Both the position numbers and the translations under genes were made by a program. Shown piece after piece: positions 10,899-20,003 of a DNA stretch of 64,000 nt. This DNA is from an uncultured delta proteobacterium (GTDB taxonomy: Bacteria > Desulfobacterota > RBG-13-43-22): positions 704,001 through 768,000 of the forward strand of contig CAWBOS010000006.1 in the NCBI GenBank assembly GCA_963790475.1. The letters are read 5' to 3'. Positions within the stretch are counted from its first letter, which is position 1; each line of letters opens with the position of its first letter. The notes under the pieces were generated by a model, which had not been told where the DNA came from, searched no databases, and worked only from the letters and a program-made list of their open reading frames with translations.

Positions 10899-10927
10899 TT
10901 GACGGGGGACACCATTTCCGATACTAT
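10899..10927 (+). promoter_or_regulatory. sigma70-type promoter
   Basis: TTGACG-17 nt-TACTAT. Confidence 0.55.
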
Positions 10928-11008
10928 TTCAGTCTTGATTTTTGAATATTTGATCAATAATATGAGCAGGATAAATTTTAACTCCATAAATCAAAAGGAA
11001 AACAACTC

Positions 11009-11692
11009 ATGCAGGAACCTCAAAAAATCATCGAATCGGCTTTAAAAGAAGGCAGGACGACTCTATCGGAGTATGAATCAAAACTTGTTCTTACCCATTA
11101 CCAGATCCCTATTGCCCGGGAAAAACTGTGTAAGAACTCAGGCGATCTAAAAGAAGCTGCCCGGGAAATTGGATATCCCCTGGTTCTAAAAGGCAATGCC
11201 CCGGATATCGCCCATAAAACCGAAAACGACCTTATTCGGCTTGATATCCGAAATGAAGCGGAAGCAGGGCAGGCCTTTAATGAAATTATGGAGCGAATGA
11301 AGGGAAGTTCAGGAACAGTTTTAGTCCAGGAGATGATCAAAGGAAAACGAGAATTTTTGGCCGGTCTGACGCGGGACCCTCAATTCGGACCTTGTGTCTT
11401 GTTTGGTCTGGGTGGGATATTTACCGAAGTACTTAAAGATGTTTCTTTTCGGGTTGCCCCCTTCGACAGGAAAGAGGCCCTGGAAATGATGGGAGAAACC
11501 AAAGCCCACAAACTGTTGGAAGCTATCCGGGGCATGGAGGCCGTTGATAAAAATGTTCTGGCCGACATCCTGGTCCAACTCGGGCAAATTGGATTGGAGC
11601 AAGAAAAAATTAAAGAAATCGATATCAATCCTTTGATAATTTCGGGAGCCAGACCCGTAGCCGTTGATGCCCTTATCGTCCTTTCCTCCTAA
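11009..11692 (+). CDS. ADP-forming acyl-CoA synthetase, stand-alone beta (ATP-grasp) subunit
   Basis: LSEYESK, GYPLVLK..HKTE, DPQFGP..FGLGG, EIDINPL. Confidence 0.9.
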   Translation: MQEPQKIIESALKEGRTTLSEYESKLVLTHYQIPIAREKLCKNSGDLKEAAREIGYPLVLKGNAPDIAHKTENDLIRLDIRNEAEAGQAFNEIMERMKGSSGTVLVQEMIKGKREFLAGLTRDPQFGPCVLFGLGGIFTEVLKDVSFRVAPFDRKEALEMMGETKAHKLLEAIRGMEAVDKNVLADILVQLGQIGLEQEKIKEIDINPLIISGARPVAVDALIVLSS

Positions 11693-11770
11693 CGGACGAC
11701 TTCCTGAGTCATTGTTCTGTTGTTAAACCCTCATGTCCGGCTGGGGCGCCACGAACCATGAGAATGACCC

Positions 11771-11799
11771 GTAGAGGCGGGTTTGAAACCCGCCCCTAC
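11771..11799. repeat. REP-like palindrome (GTAG-type)
   Basis: GTAGAGGCGGGTTT-G-AAACCCGCCCCTAC between convergent genes. Confidence 0.75.
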
Positions 11800-11841
11800 A
11801 AGGCCCCAATTGAGGTTAGGGGCGTTGAAAACAGTATAAAG

Positions 11842-12474
11842 TTAAGGTCTTGGTCTTTTCGATCGAAGAGACGGATCCAGGGCCTGCGCCGGATTGAATT
11901 CCTGCTGAGTCCATTTGGGGGCCTGCTTTAATTCCAAGGCCATTTGGGCTAGAACCGGCGGGGTATGCCATTGGGGTACCACTGTTGTCCTAAACTCTCC
12001 CGCCACCTGGCCCGACAGAATGAAACCCATGGATTTTTTTATCTCCGTAATTGAAATCCGAACCCCCGCCCACCGTCCGTATAATTCCTGATCCAAAGGG
12101 CCTTTGATATCCATGGCCAGATAATCAATCAATTTTTTGGAAATCAGAAACGCCAGAACCTCCGGCCGGGTGCCATTGGTATCCAATTTAACCGCCAACC
12201 CCAGCCCATGAATCCGATCCAGAAGTTCCGGCAAATCGGGATGGAGGGTTGGTTCGCCTCCGGTGATGCAAATCCCATCCAACCAGGGTCGTAAGGCCTT
12301 TAACCTTTGCTGCACATAATCCCAAGGATAGACGGCGAACCGTTCGGGGTGCAAAGCCAGCTCATGGTTATGACAAAAAGGGCAGCGAAGATTACAGGAA
12401 GGCAGGAAAAGGACGGCACAAATCTTCCCCGGCCAGTCAAGAAAAGAGGTCTCAATAAAGCCTTTAATTTCCAT
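11842..12474 (-). CDS. nrdG: Anaerobic ribonucleotide reductase activating radical SAM protein
   Basis: CNLRCPFCHN, ITGGEPT, KLDTNG; in the nrdD cluster. Confidence 0.92.
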   Translation of the reverse strand: MEIKGFIETSFLDWPGKICAVLFLPSCNLRCPFCHNHELALHPERFAVYPWDYVQQRLKALRPWLDGICITGGEPTLHPDLPELLDRIHGLGLAVKLDTNGTRPEVLAFLISKKLIDYLAMDIKGPLDQELYGRWAGVRISITEIKKSMGFILSGQVAGEFRTTVVPQWHTPPVLAQMALELKQAPKWTQQEFNPAQALDPSLRSKRPRP

Positions 12475-12712
12475 TCTGATGGCTTAAATATTTTTTAATC
12501 GGAATGGCCCCGATCACCGCCGAGCTGTCATCCAGGATTAAGATGGGTAATTCTTTTTGAGCCGTTTCGATCAACTCGTGCCAAGCCAAATGGGCCAGGG
12601 CCTCGGGATTATCCTCGCCGAGAATCTCTTCCTGAATTCCAAGGGAAGGAAGATTAAAATGATCTTTGATGTAAAGACATTTCTGGCAATCCGCCTTGGT
12701 AAATAAAGTCAT
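12464..12712 (-). CDS. Small glutaredoxin/NrdH-like CxxC protein (82 aa)
   Basis: ATG at 12712 after a GGAGG RBS; TLFTKADCQKC ... ELPIL thioredoxin-fold pattern. Confidence 0.75.
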   Translation of the reverse strand: MTLFTKADCQKCLYIKDHFNLPSLGIQEEILGEDNPEALAHLAWHELIETAQKELPILILDDSSAVIGAIPIKKYLSHQNGN

Positions 12713-12736
12713 ATTCAGCCTCCTTCTATAATAATT

Positions 12737-12825
12737 GGAGTGATGGGTTTTTGGAGTATTGGGCATTGGATATTGATTTAATTTGTTCCATTCCTCCAAT
12801 ACTCCAGTAATCCTTTACTCCCACT
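12737..12825. repeat. Inverted octamer-type short repeats (GGAGTATTGG / CCAATACTCC)
   Basis: ggagtgatgg, ggagtattgg ... ccaatactcc, tactccc. Confidence 0.55.
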
Positions 12826-12883
12826 GGTTTGCATTGAATTAACTCGTCCTGAATTAAGCAGATCGGTTGTAACTAATAAAAAC

Positions 12884-15031
12884 TCAGAGGGGGTTTTCCA
12901 CTGGACCGGGAGCTACTCCCTCCCTTCCCTGAAAATACGGGCTGTTTCTATATCGATCTCTGAGTTCCCCGATTTTTCCTTTATTCCAACTAGAGATTTT
13001 GGTGAAATATCCGGTGATGCGGGTAATTCCATCCACATCGGAAGATCCGCAATAAGAGCACTTTTCTGCCAAGCCCCGCGAGGTTTGCCCGCAGGCCCGG
13101 CAGGTGGTAAATTCCGGTGAGAAGGCGATCTGATCGTTCTTGGTCAGCCTGAAGGTCTTGATAATAAAATTGGACAAGGATTCTTTATCGGGTTTTGATT
13201 CCCCGATCCAGATATGAGTCAGGGCACCCGCTTCAATCAAAGGATGGAACAGTCCTTCATAACGGACCCGATCCACGGGGTTCATAGGTACCGAAACATT
13301 AAAAAGGGTTGAATTGGTATAATAGACTTCTCCCTGGGACTTGTTTCCCTTAATCACTTTTCCGGCCTGCTCCGGATATTTTTGGATATCCAGCTTGGCA
13401 AAACGATAAGCGGTACTTTCAGCCGGTGTCTGTTCCAGTACAAAACGCATACCGTGTTTTTGACCGAACCGGTCGGCTAACAGCTTCATATAGGCAATAA
13501 CCTTGAGACCGAACTTGATGGCTTTTTGAGATTGATGGAGTTCCTCTCCCGTATGGTACTGGACCAGCTCATTCAGCCCCACCATACCGATCAGGTAGGT
13601 GGCCCGAGATGGGCGCAGATAGGGCGAGCCATCCTGGTTCATGGTCAATAGAGATAAGGGGCCCTTTTCCCCGAGTGAAAGGAGTTTAAGGATAAAGGCG
13701 CTTTTCTGTAAATGCGCTTGCACGGCCAGTTCGACACTTTCGGCCAACTTGGAAAAAAGAGCGGTATCACTCCCCTCGGCCCGGTAAGCCAGACGAGGGA
13801 AATTGACAGTAACGTTTTGAAGTGCACAATAACGCATTTTCCAGGGCTCATGGGCATCGAGTAAATCCTGGGCCTCGAGTTTAAAACTTAAGCGGCAACA
13901 TTCGGAAATCTTGGCCGTCTGTCCCCGATCAAAAACAAAATAAGTATTTCCTTTCAAGCCGGCCACCTCACAGATATGATTCAAAAACTCCTGGTGACCC
14001 GGAGTCTGGAAAAATTTCTCGGTGATATGAACCAGGGGTTTGGGGAAAAAAAACGGACGTCCGGCCCCGTCTCCCTCTTTATAAACCTGGAATAGGAGCC
14101 AAACAAATTTTTGGGCCAAAGGCAGATAATCCGAATAAGTTTTGCCCGTATATACCCCTCCCGGTCCGATAGCCGGCACACCTTCAAAATGACGGGGGAT
14201 TTCCCAGTAGAGATTGATGTCTGTAAAAATGGCCTGACCCCCCCGGGCCACGGCCTGTTGAGAGAATTCAAAGATCATCATCTGGGCCAGTTGTTTGATC
14301 TCCCGGTCCGACAACCCCTCAAGATAAGGGGCAAAAAAGAGATTGACCGCATCCCAGCCGATTGCTCCGGCAAAATGACTTTGAAGGGCCGCAGCAAATT
14401 TGACCATATGGGCCAGCAAAACCTCGGGGTGCTTGGCCGGTTTGGCCATCGATAGGGCATTAGGCAGATTCAACCCGAATTTTTTTATGTACTCCAGCGA
14501 TTGTCCGGAACAGTAGGGCCGGTCGATGAAACCCAGGTCATGGAGATGGATATCCCCCCGCATGTGGGCATCCCCGACCTTAGGAGAAAAAACATTGAGC
14601 AGGGCGTATTCCTTCTTGATCCCTTCGGCCAGGGTCAGGTTGGTGGCCTCCGGCCCGTGGGGCACGTTGGCATTTTCCTTATTGGGATGGACAATCATCT
14701 GGTCCACATCATAAAGGGGCACTCCCAGACGGGTATGCATTATCCGGGCCTTCTCCAAGCCACGTTCTATCAGTTTGGAGTCTACCAGTTCCCGGATCAA
14801 GGGGGCGGTGACCATGGAGATTTTAGTGGAAAAAATAAACTCCTCCACCTCTTTGCTGATGGCCTCGGCGGTATCAGGATCAACCAAGGTCTCCCGAACC
14901 AGGGCGTCAATGATCCTCTGGCGGTTCCAGGTAACCAGGTCCTCGTTGGAGGTCCGAACAAAGAGAGCCAGATCTGTAGTCTCTTCGACTTCCAATCCCC
15001 GATCCTGATGCAATTCGACTATGGTTCCCAT
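12884..15031 (-). CDS. nrdD: Class III (anaerobic) ribonucleoside-triphosphate reductase with ATP cone
   Basis: HLHDL, SECCRL finger loop, TPAESTAYRFA, YYTNS, CxxC...CxxC, RITGY glycyl radical motif. Confidence 0.96.
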   Translation of the reverse strand: MGTIVELHQDRGLEVEETTDLALFVRTSNEDLVTWNRQRIIDALVRETLVDPDTAEAISKEVEEFIFSTKISMVTAPLIRELVDSKLIERGLEKARIMHTRLGVPLYDVDQMIVHPNKENANVPHGPEATNLTLAEGIKKEYALLNVFSPKVGDAHMRGDIHLHDLGFIDRPYCSGQSLEYIKKFGLNLPNALSMAKPAKHPEVLLAHMVKFAAALQSHFAGAIGWDAVNLFFAPYLEGLSDREIKQLAQMMIFEFSQQAVARGGQAIFTDINLYWEIPRHFEGVPAIGPGGVYTGKTYSDYLPLAQKFVWLLFQVYKEGDGAGRPFFFPKPLVHITEKFFQTPGHQEFLNHICEVAGLKGNTYFVFDRGQTAKISECCRLSFKLEAQDLLDAHEPWKMRYCALQNVTVNFPRLAYRAEGSDTALFSKLAESVELAVQAHLQKSAFILKLLSLGEKGPLSLLTMNQDGSPYLRPSRATYLIGMVGLNELVQYHTGEELHQSQKAIKFGLKVIAYMKLLADRFGQKHGMRFVLEQTPAESTAYRFAKLDIQKYPEQAGKVIKGNKSQGEVYYTNSTLFNVSVPMNPVDRVRYEGLFHPLIEAGALTHIWIGESKPDKESLSNFIIKTFRLTKNDQIAFSPEFTTCRACGQTSRGLAEKCSYCGSSDVDGITRITGYFTKISSWNKGKIGELRDRYRNSPYFQGREGVAPGPVENPL

Positions 15032-15097
15032 GGTCTTTGACCTTTCCCTTTCGGTATTCCGTTCTCTCTTTTTGATCCTTTATCTTGTATGGAGGGA

Positions 15098-15126
15098 AGG
15101 GTAAAATACAATATATGGTATGTCAA
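15098..15126 (-). promoter_or_regulatory. nrdD promoter with an NrdR box between -35 and -10
   Basis: Minus strand TTGACA-TACCATATATTGTATTT-TACCCT; ATACCATATATTGTAT matches the NrdR-box consensus (acaCwAtATaTwGtg). Confidence 0.75.
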
Positions 15127-15271
15127 GGAAAAAAATGGAAGATCCGGAGGTTGCCTTCTAAGCCCTTTTAATCAAAAGGATTTTAGTTCATTTTTTTTAG
15201 GGGGGTTAAAAAGGATCGGCAGGAAACTTCTTTGTCGTCAATTTATGGTGACAAAACATCCAGTATTTTCA

Positions 15272-15640
15272 TTATGATAGGGAATTGTTACCAGGGTCTC
15301 GACGCTGAACCTTGCCCCTGGCCAGAGATAAAAATATGCCGACAAAACAAAGCGTTCCGTTGATAACCAAGGCAATTTTCACACTTTTAAGGAAAAGGGG
15401 ATAAAGGTGCGGCGTGATACTTACCTTGCCCATGAGAATAGAGAATATCATCATAGCCATCCCCATACTGAACATTTGTCCGATCAACCGCATGGTCCCT
15501 ATAGTTCCGGAAGCAACTCCGTAGTGGCGCCTTTCAACTGAACTCATAACCGCATTCGTATTGGGGGAAGAGAACAGGGGCGAATCCGAACCCCAGGAGC
15601 AGAAGAGGGAAAACAATATAGGAAAATCCGGTGTGAACAC
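15272..15640 (-). pseudogene. 3' remnant of a DHA2/EmrB-type MFS transporter
   Basis: LFSSPNTNAVMSSV..YGVASG..GTMRLIGQMFSMG covers only the last helices; no 5' half upstream. Confidence 0.7.
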
Positions 15641-15828
15641 CGATGAGGATAGGTCCTCAATTCAGCATGAAAATAGACACGAAGCCTGAGGCAAGAGGAA
15701 TAAGGCGAGAATCGAGAGAGCATTTTGCAAAAGTCCAGTAACGGAATTTGCAAGACCGGTAAGAATTTCGATAGGTAGAAAAATTTCTTTATACCGCACG
15801 CCTCTGGCCTCGTCCCTCAGGCCTGGTC

Positions 15829-16746
15829 TTAGTTAAGATAGGTTAACCAGGACCGGTAGCAGTCTTCTTCCCCCTTAACGGCTTTAAAGAAACTATTTTG
15901 TATTTTTTTGGTGATTGGACCGGGACGGCCCGTCCCAATCTGGCGGTTGTCCACTTCCCGGATGGGGGTGATCTCGGCCGCCGTCCCGGAAAAGAAAGCT
16001 TCATCGGCCAGATACAACTCATCCCGAGTAAACCGTTCTTCGACAATTTCTATCCTTAGGTCACGGGCGATGGTCAGGACCGAATCGCGGGTAATCCCGG
16101 GCAGGATCGAAGTCAGAGGTGGGGTTTTTATTTTTCCTTTTTTGACCAGAAATATATTTTCCCCGCTGGCTTCGGAAACGTAGCCTGCGGTATCCAACAT
16201 GATTGCTTCATCATACCCATCCCGGGTCACCTCTCTTTTAGCCAGGATGGAATTGACATAATTGCCGCAGGTTTTGGTCTTGGTCATCATGACATTGACG
16301 TGGTGCCGGGTATAGGAAGACACTTTGACCCGGATTCCTTTTTTAAGCCCTTCGTCCCCCAGATAAGCCCCCCATTTCCAGGCGGCGATGGTCAGCCGCA
16401 CGGGATTATCCTTGGGATGGACTCCCATAACCCCGTCCCCGATAAAAACCAGGGGCCGGATATATCCATCCTTCATGCCGTTGACTTTCAGAATTCGGCA
16501 GCAGGCCTCCCGGATTTCCTTTTGGCTGAAGGGAATCTCGATCTCCATGGCGTGGGCCCCGCCAAAAAGCCTTTCCACATGCTCCGGAAGCCGGAAGATG
16601 GCCGACCGTCCATCCGAGCAGAGGTAGCAGCGAATCCCTTCAAAAATACCCAGGCCGTAATGCAAGGTATGGGTCAAGACGTGGATTTGGGCCTTTTCCC
16701 AGAGAACGAACTTTCCATCCAACCAGATCTTTTTTTCTTTTTCCAT
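15829..16746 (-). CDS. ilvE: Branched-chain amino acid aminotransferase
   Basis: [43 protein letters not shown]. Confidence 0.95.
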   Translation of the reverse strand: MEKEKKIWLDGKFVLWEKAQIHVLTHTLHYGLGIFEGIRCYLCSDGRSAIFRLPEHVERLFGGAHAMEIEIPFSQKEIREACCRILKVNGMKDGYIRPLVFIGDGVMGVHPKDNPVRLTIAAWKWGAYLGDEGLKKGIRVKVSSYTRHHVNVMMTKTKTCGNYVNSILAKREVTRDGYDEAIMLDTAGYVSEASGENIFLVKKGKIKTPPLTSILPGITRDSVLTIARDLRIEIVEERFTRDELYLADEAFFSGTAAEITPIREVDNRQIGTGRPGPITKKIQNSFFKAVKGEEDCYRSWLTYLN

Positions 16747-16749
16747 TTG

Positions 16750-17655
16750 TTATCCTTTTAGTCTCCCCACATTGATGAGTTCTTGTCGCAGTCGTTCCCG
16801 ATTGGCCGGGCGCATAGGCACCAGGGGAAGCCGAAGCGGCCCTGCCGGAAGACCCATCATCTGCATAGCCTCTTTCACCGGAACAGGGTTAGTTTCTATA
16901 AACAAGGTATTGACTAAGGACAGGGTCTTGTAGTGAATCTCCCTGGCTTCAATCCATTTCCCTTCTTTCATCAGCTTACACAACAATGTATATTCCCGGC
17001 CGATGACATTGCCTACGGCACAGATGACTCCATCTCCTCCTAAGGCCATTAAAGGATAGGTCAAGGCATCTTCCCCGGAAAGGACAAAAAAGGGTTTCCC
17101 CTTCTTTTTGGTTCCGGCGATAATTTCCATGGTCTGGGCCATATCGCCGCAGGCATCTTTAAGCCCAATGATATTGTCTATGTCTGAAAGTTTAATCAAA
17201 GTCTGGGGATCGATATTCCGCCCTGTCCGCCCCGGAATGTTATAGATAAAAATAGGCAGACTGGTGTTTCGGGCAATAGCCTCAAAATGGGCCAGCATCC
17301 CATCCATGGTCGGCTTATTATAGTAAGGCCCTACTTGCAAGGTCGCGTCGGCCCCGACCTCCTCAGCATGTTTGGTCATCATAATGGCCTCTTGAGTACT
17401 GTTGGATCCGGTTCCGGCAATCACCGGAACCCTGCCCCGGGCTTCATTCACGGTAATTTCGATGACTCTATTATGTTCTTCGTGATTAAGGGTCGGGGAC
17501 TCGCCGGTGGTTCCGCAAGGGACCAATCCATTGATCTTTTCCTCATCAATTAGATAATTGATCAGGCGGCGAAGTCCGTCTTCATCCAATGAGAAATCGT
17601 CTTTAAAGGGGGTGACCAAAGGGATATGGCACCCGGAAAAGTCTTTTATTGCCAT
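16750..17655 (-). CDS. dapA: 4-hydroxy-tetrahydrodipicolinate synthase
   Basis: GTTGESPTL, AGTGSNST, PYYNKP, YNIPGRTG, GLKDA, ETNPVPVK. Confidence 0.95.
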   Translation of the reverse strand: MAIKDFSGCHIPLVTPFKDDFSLDEDGLRRLINYLIDEEKINGLVPCGTTGESPTLNHEEHNRVIEITVNEARGRVPVIAGTGSNSTQEAIMMTKHAEEVGADATLQVGPYYNKPTMDGMLAHFEAIARNTSLPIFIYNIPGRTGRNIDPQTLIKLSDIDNIIGLKDACGDMAQTMEIIAGTKKKGKPFFVLSGEDALTYPLMALGGDGVICAVGNVIGREYTLLCKLMKEGKWIEAREIHYKTLSLVNTLFIETNPVPVKEAMQMMGLPAGPLRLPLVPMRPANRERLRQELINVGRLKG

Positions 17656-18041
17656 GGCATACCTCCTAATTGGATATTGGCCTCAAGGATCAGGTTAAGA
17701 AAAACCGGGGATAGCGTAGAGCTTTTAAAAATGCACACCTTTGCCCATTGTAGGCATTAGACTCAATGTTTAATTTTCGAAAAACGAATTGTATTCCTGT
17801 GATTAAAATTTTTGTCTTCCCTGACCCTGAACAAAAGTGAATTTTTTTCAAAGCCCTCGGTTTAATCAGCCGGGGTTAAGTCGCCGGCTTTAGGTCCTTC
17901 TTCTCCACCTTTATCAAAAACATAGACGAAAGGCTGAACCTTGTCAATATCTTAAGTTATTTTAAATAGTATTGCAAAAATAAAATGAATAAATTAAACT
18001 GAAATATAATTCGGTCAGGATGGCAAGACAAGGAGGTCTAA

Positions 18042-18695
18042 ATGAGGATTCGTTTCAGGATCATCTTTCCGGTTGTTTTTCCTCTGTTGTTATGGGGATG
18101 CACCACTATTCAGACCCTGGACTTAAAATACTCACCGAGTATTGTCCCTTCGTCTGTCCCAAGCCAGGTTAAGATAGCGGTCCTCCCTTTTGAAAATGCC
18201 ACCTGGAACGGCCAGGAAAATTCCTATTGGGTAGGGCAGGCCTCACTCTATGGAATGAAACTATATAGTCCGACCAGTGTATCCTATCTGGTCACCCAGG
18301 GAGTAAAGAAAGAGATGGGGGCTTATGGCTATCAACTCAGTCCCGATGAGATCTATACCATTCATATCAATAAAGAAGATATCAAGACCTTACTCAGCAG
18401 GGTCCCCCATATTCACGTCGATTTTCTGGTCGGAGGGGTTATTTCTCAATTTTTTATCCAGCAAGTCGGTCGGTTTATCGGCGAGGTGGAAATAGAGGCT
18501 TACCTGGTACAACCTCCCCAGGGAGATATTGTCTGGAGCAAAAAAATCGGCTACCGGGAGGTCCGGATACCTTTCAGTTCGGATAACTTCACTTCTCAAA
18601 GTCAGGAAATCCTCAATAATCTCCTGGATAAGACCATGAAGGACCTGTTTTGGAATTCGGATTTTAGACTGCGAACCATGAAAGAAAAGAAGTAG
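18042..18695 (+). CDS. Putative lipoprotein
   Basis: Signal peptide with lipobox LWGC; AGGAGG RBS; IAVLPFEN motif. Confidence 0.75.
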   Translation: MRIRFRIIFPVVFPLLLWGCTTIQTLDLKYSPSIVPSSVPSQVKIAVLPFENATWNGQENSYWVGQASLYGMKLYSPTSVSYLVTQGVKKEMGAYGYQLSPDEIYTIHINKEDIKTLLSRVPHIHVDFLVGGVISQFFIQQVGRFIGEVEIEAYLVQPPQGDIVWSKKIGYREVRIPFSSDNFTSQSQEILNNLLDKTMKDLFWNSDFRLRTMKEKK

Positions 18696-18830
18696 GCTCG
18701 GTGACGGTTCTACCAGGAGAAAGGGGTTCGGTGTTAGGAGAATAATACCCGCATCCCGAACTCTTACTTTTGAACTCCCAACTCAAAACTTGTCTTACGA
18801 TACTTTTCGGCCCCAAACCTTTTAGGACTT

Positions 18831-20003
18831 ATGGGAACCCGGGTTAAACAGATCATCCATCTGGACATGGACGCCTTTTATGCCTCGGTAGAAATGTTGG
18901 ATAACCCGGCATTGAGGGGCCAACCGGTTATTGTCGGTGGTCCGAAACAAAGGGGCGTAGTTTCCGCTGCCTCTTATGAGGCCCGAAAATTTGGGGTTCA
19001 TTCGGCCCTGCCTATGGCCGTCGCAATGCGCCTGTGTCCCCGGGGGGTTTTTTTGCCAGTGCGTATGCCCCGCTACAAAGAAATCTCAGATCAGATTTTC
19101 GAGATCTTCCTTGGCTTCACCCCTCTGGTGGAACCCCTTTCCATTGATGAAGCCTTTCTGGATGTAACCGCCTCCGTACGGCTCTTCGGGCCGGCGGAAG
19201 AAATTGCCAAACAGATAAAAAACCAGGTTCGAGAAGAGATCGGCCTGACGGTATCAGCCGGCGTCGCCCCTTCGAAGTTAGTGGCCAAAATTGCCTCTGA
19301 TTTAAACAAACCGGACGGCCTGACCGTGGTCCCTGAAGGAAATGTGCAACAATTTCTGGATCCCCTTCCGATAGAAAAACTCTGGGGGGTCGGGAAAATG
19401 ACCCAAAAGGACCTTTCCCTGCTGAATGTAAAAACCGTTGGAGAGTTGAGCCGGCTGCCCAAAGATCTGTTGCGCAGGAGATTCGGGGCTCAGGGTCTTC
19501 AGTTGTATTTTCTTTCCAAGGGAATCGATGACCGGGAAGTACAACCAGAGAGAATGATAAAATCCATAGGGCGGGAAGAAACTTTTTCGGAAGATATCTT
19601 AGTCAAGGAAAGAGCCGTGAAAGAGGTCCTGAATTTAAGTCAGCGGGTGGCCCGACGATTAAGGAGGCATGGGAAGGCGGGAAGGACTATCACCCTTAAG
19701 GTGACCTATGACAATTTCACCCAGATCACCCGGTCTTTGACCCTGCCGGCGGCTACGGATGACGGGGGGAAGATTTATCAGGTAGCTTCTGACCTGCTGG
19801 AAAAGACCGAGATCGGGAAAAAGCCTATTCGGCTTTTAGGGATTTATCTATCTCATCTGACCCTACCCGGAGAAGGGCAGTTGTCCTTATTTGATCAAAC
19901 TAATGGATTAAAGAAAAGAGGCCGGCTTAATCAGGCCCTGGATGCCATCCAGGATAAATATGGTGACCTGGCCATTCGACCCGGGAGTCTTGTCGAGGAG
20001 TAG
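18831..20003 (+). CDS. dinB: DNA polymerase IV
   Basis: HLDMDAFYASVE, SAASYEAR, SIDEAFLD, AKIASD..KPDG. Confidence 0.95.
   Translation: MGTRVKQIIHLDMDAFYASVEMLDNPALRGQPVIVGGPKQRGVVSAASYEARKFGVHSALPMAVAMRLCPRGVFLPVRMPRYKEISDQIFEIFLGFTPLVEPLSIDEAFLDVTASVRLFGPAEEIAKQIKNQVREEIGLTVSAGVAPSKLVAKIASDLNKPDGLTVVPEGNVQQFLDPLPIEKLWGVGKMTQKDLSLLNVKTVGELSRLPKDLLRRRFGAQGLQLYFLSKGIDDREVQPERMIKSIGREETFSEDILVKERAVKEVLNLSQRVARRLRRHGKAGRTITLKVTYDNFTQITRSLTLPAATDDGGKIYQVASDLLEKTEIGKKPIRLLGIYLSHLTLPGEGQLSLFDQTNGLKKRGRLNQALDAIQDKYGDLAIRPGSLVEE

Noticed and set aside
17656-17930. Lysine riboswitch upstream of dapA
   Set aside because: I could not find the conserved AGAGGNGC start or the other L-box motifs on the minus strand.
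18696-18830. LexA box upstream of dinB
   Set aside because: No convincing match to the SOS-box consensus sequences I know.
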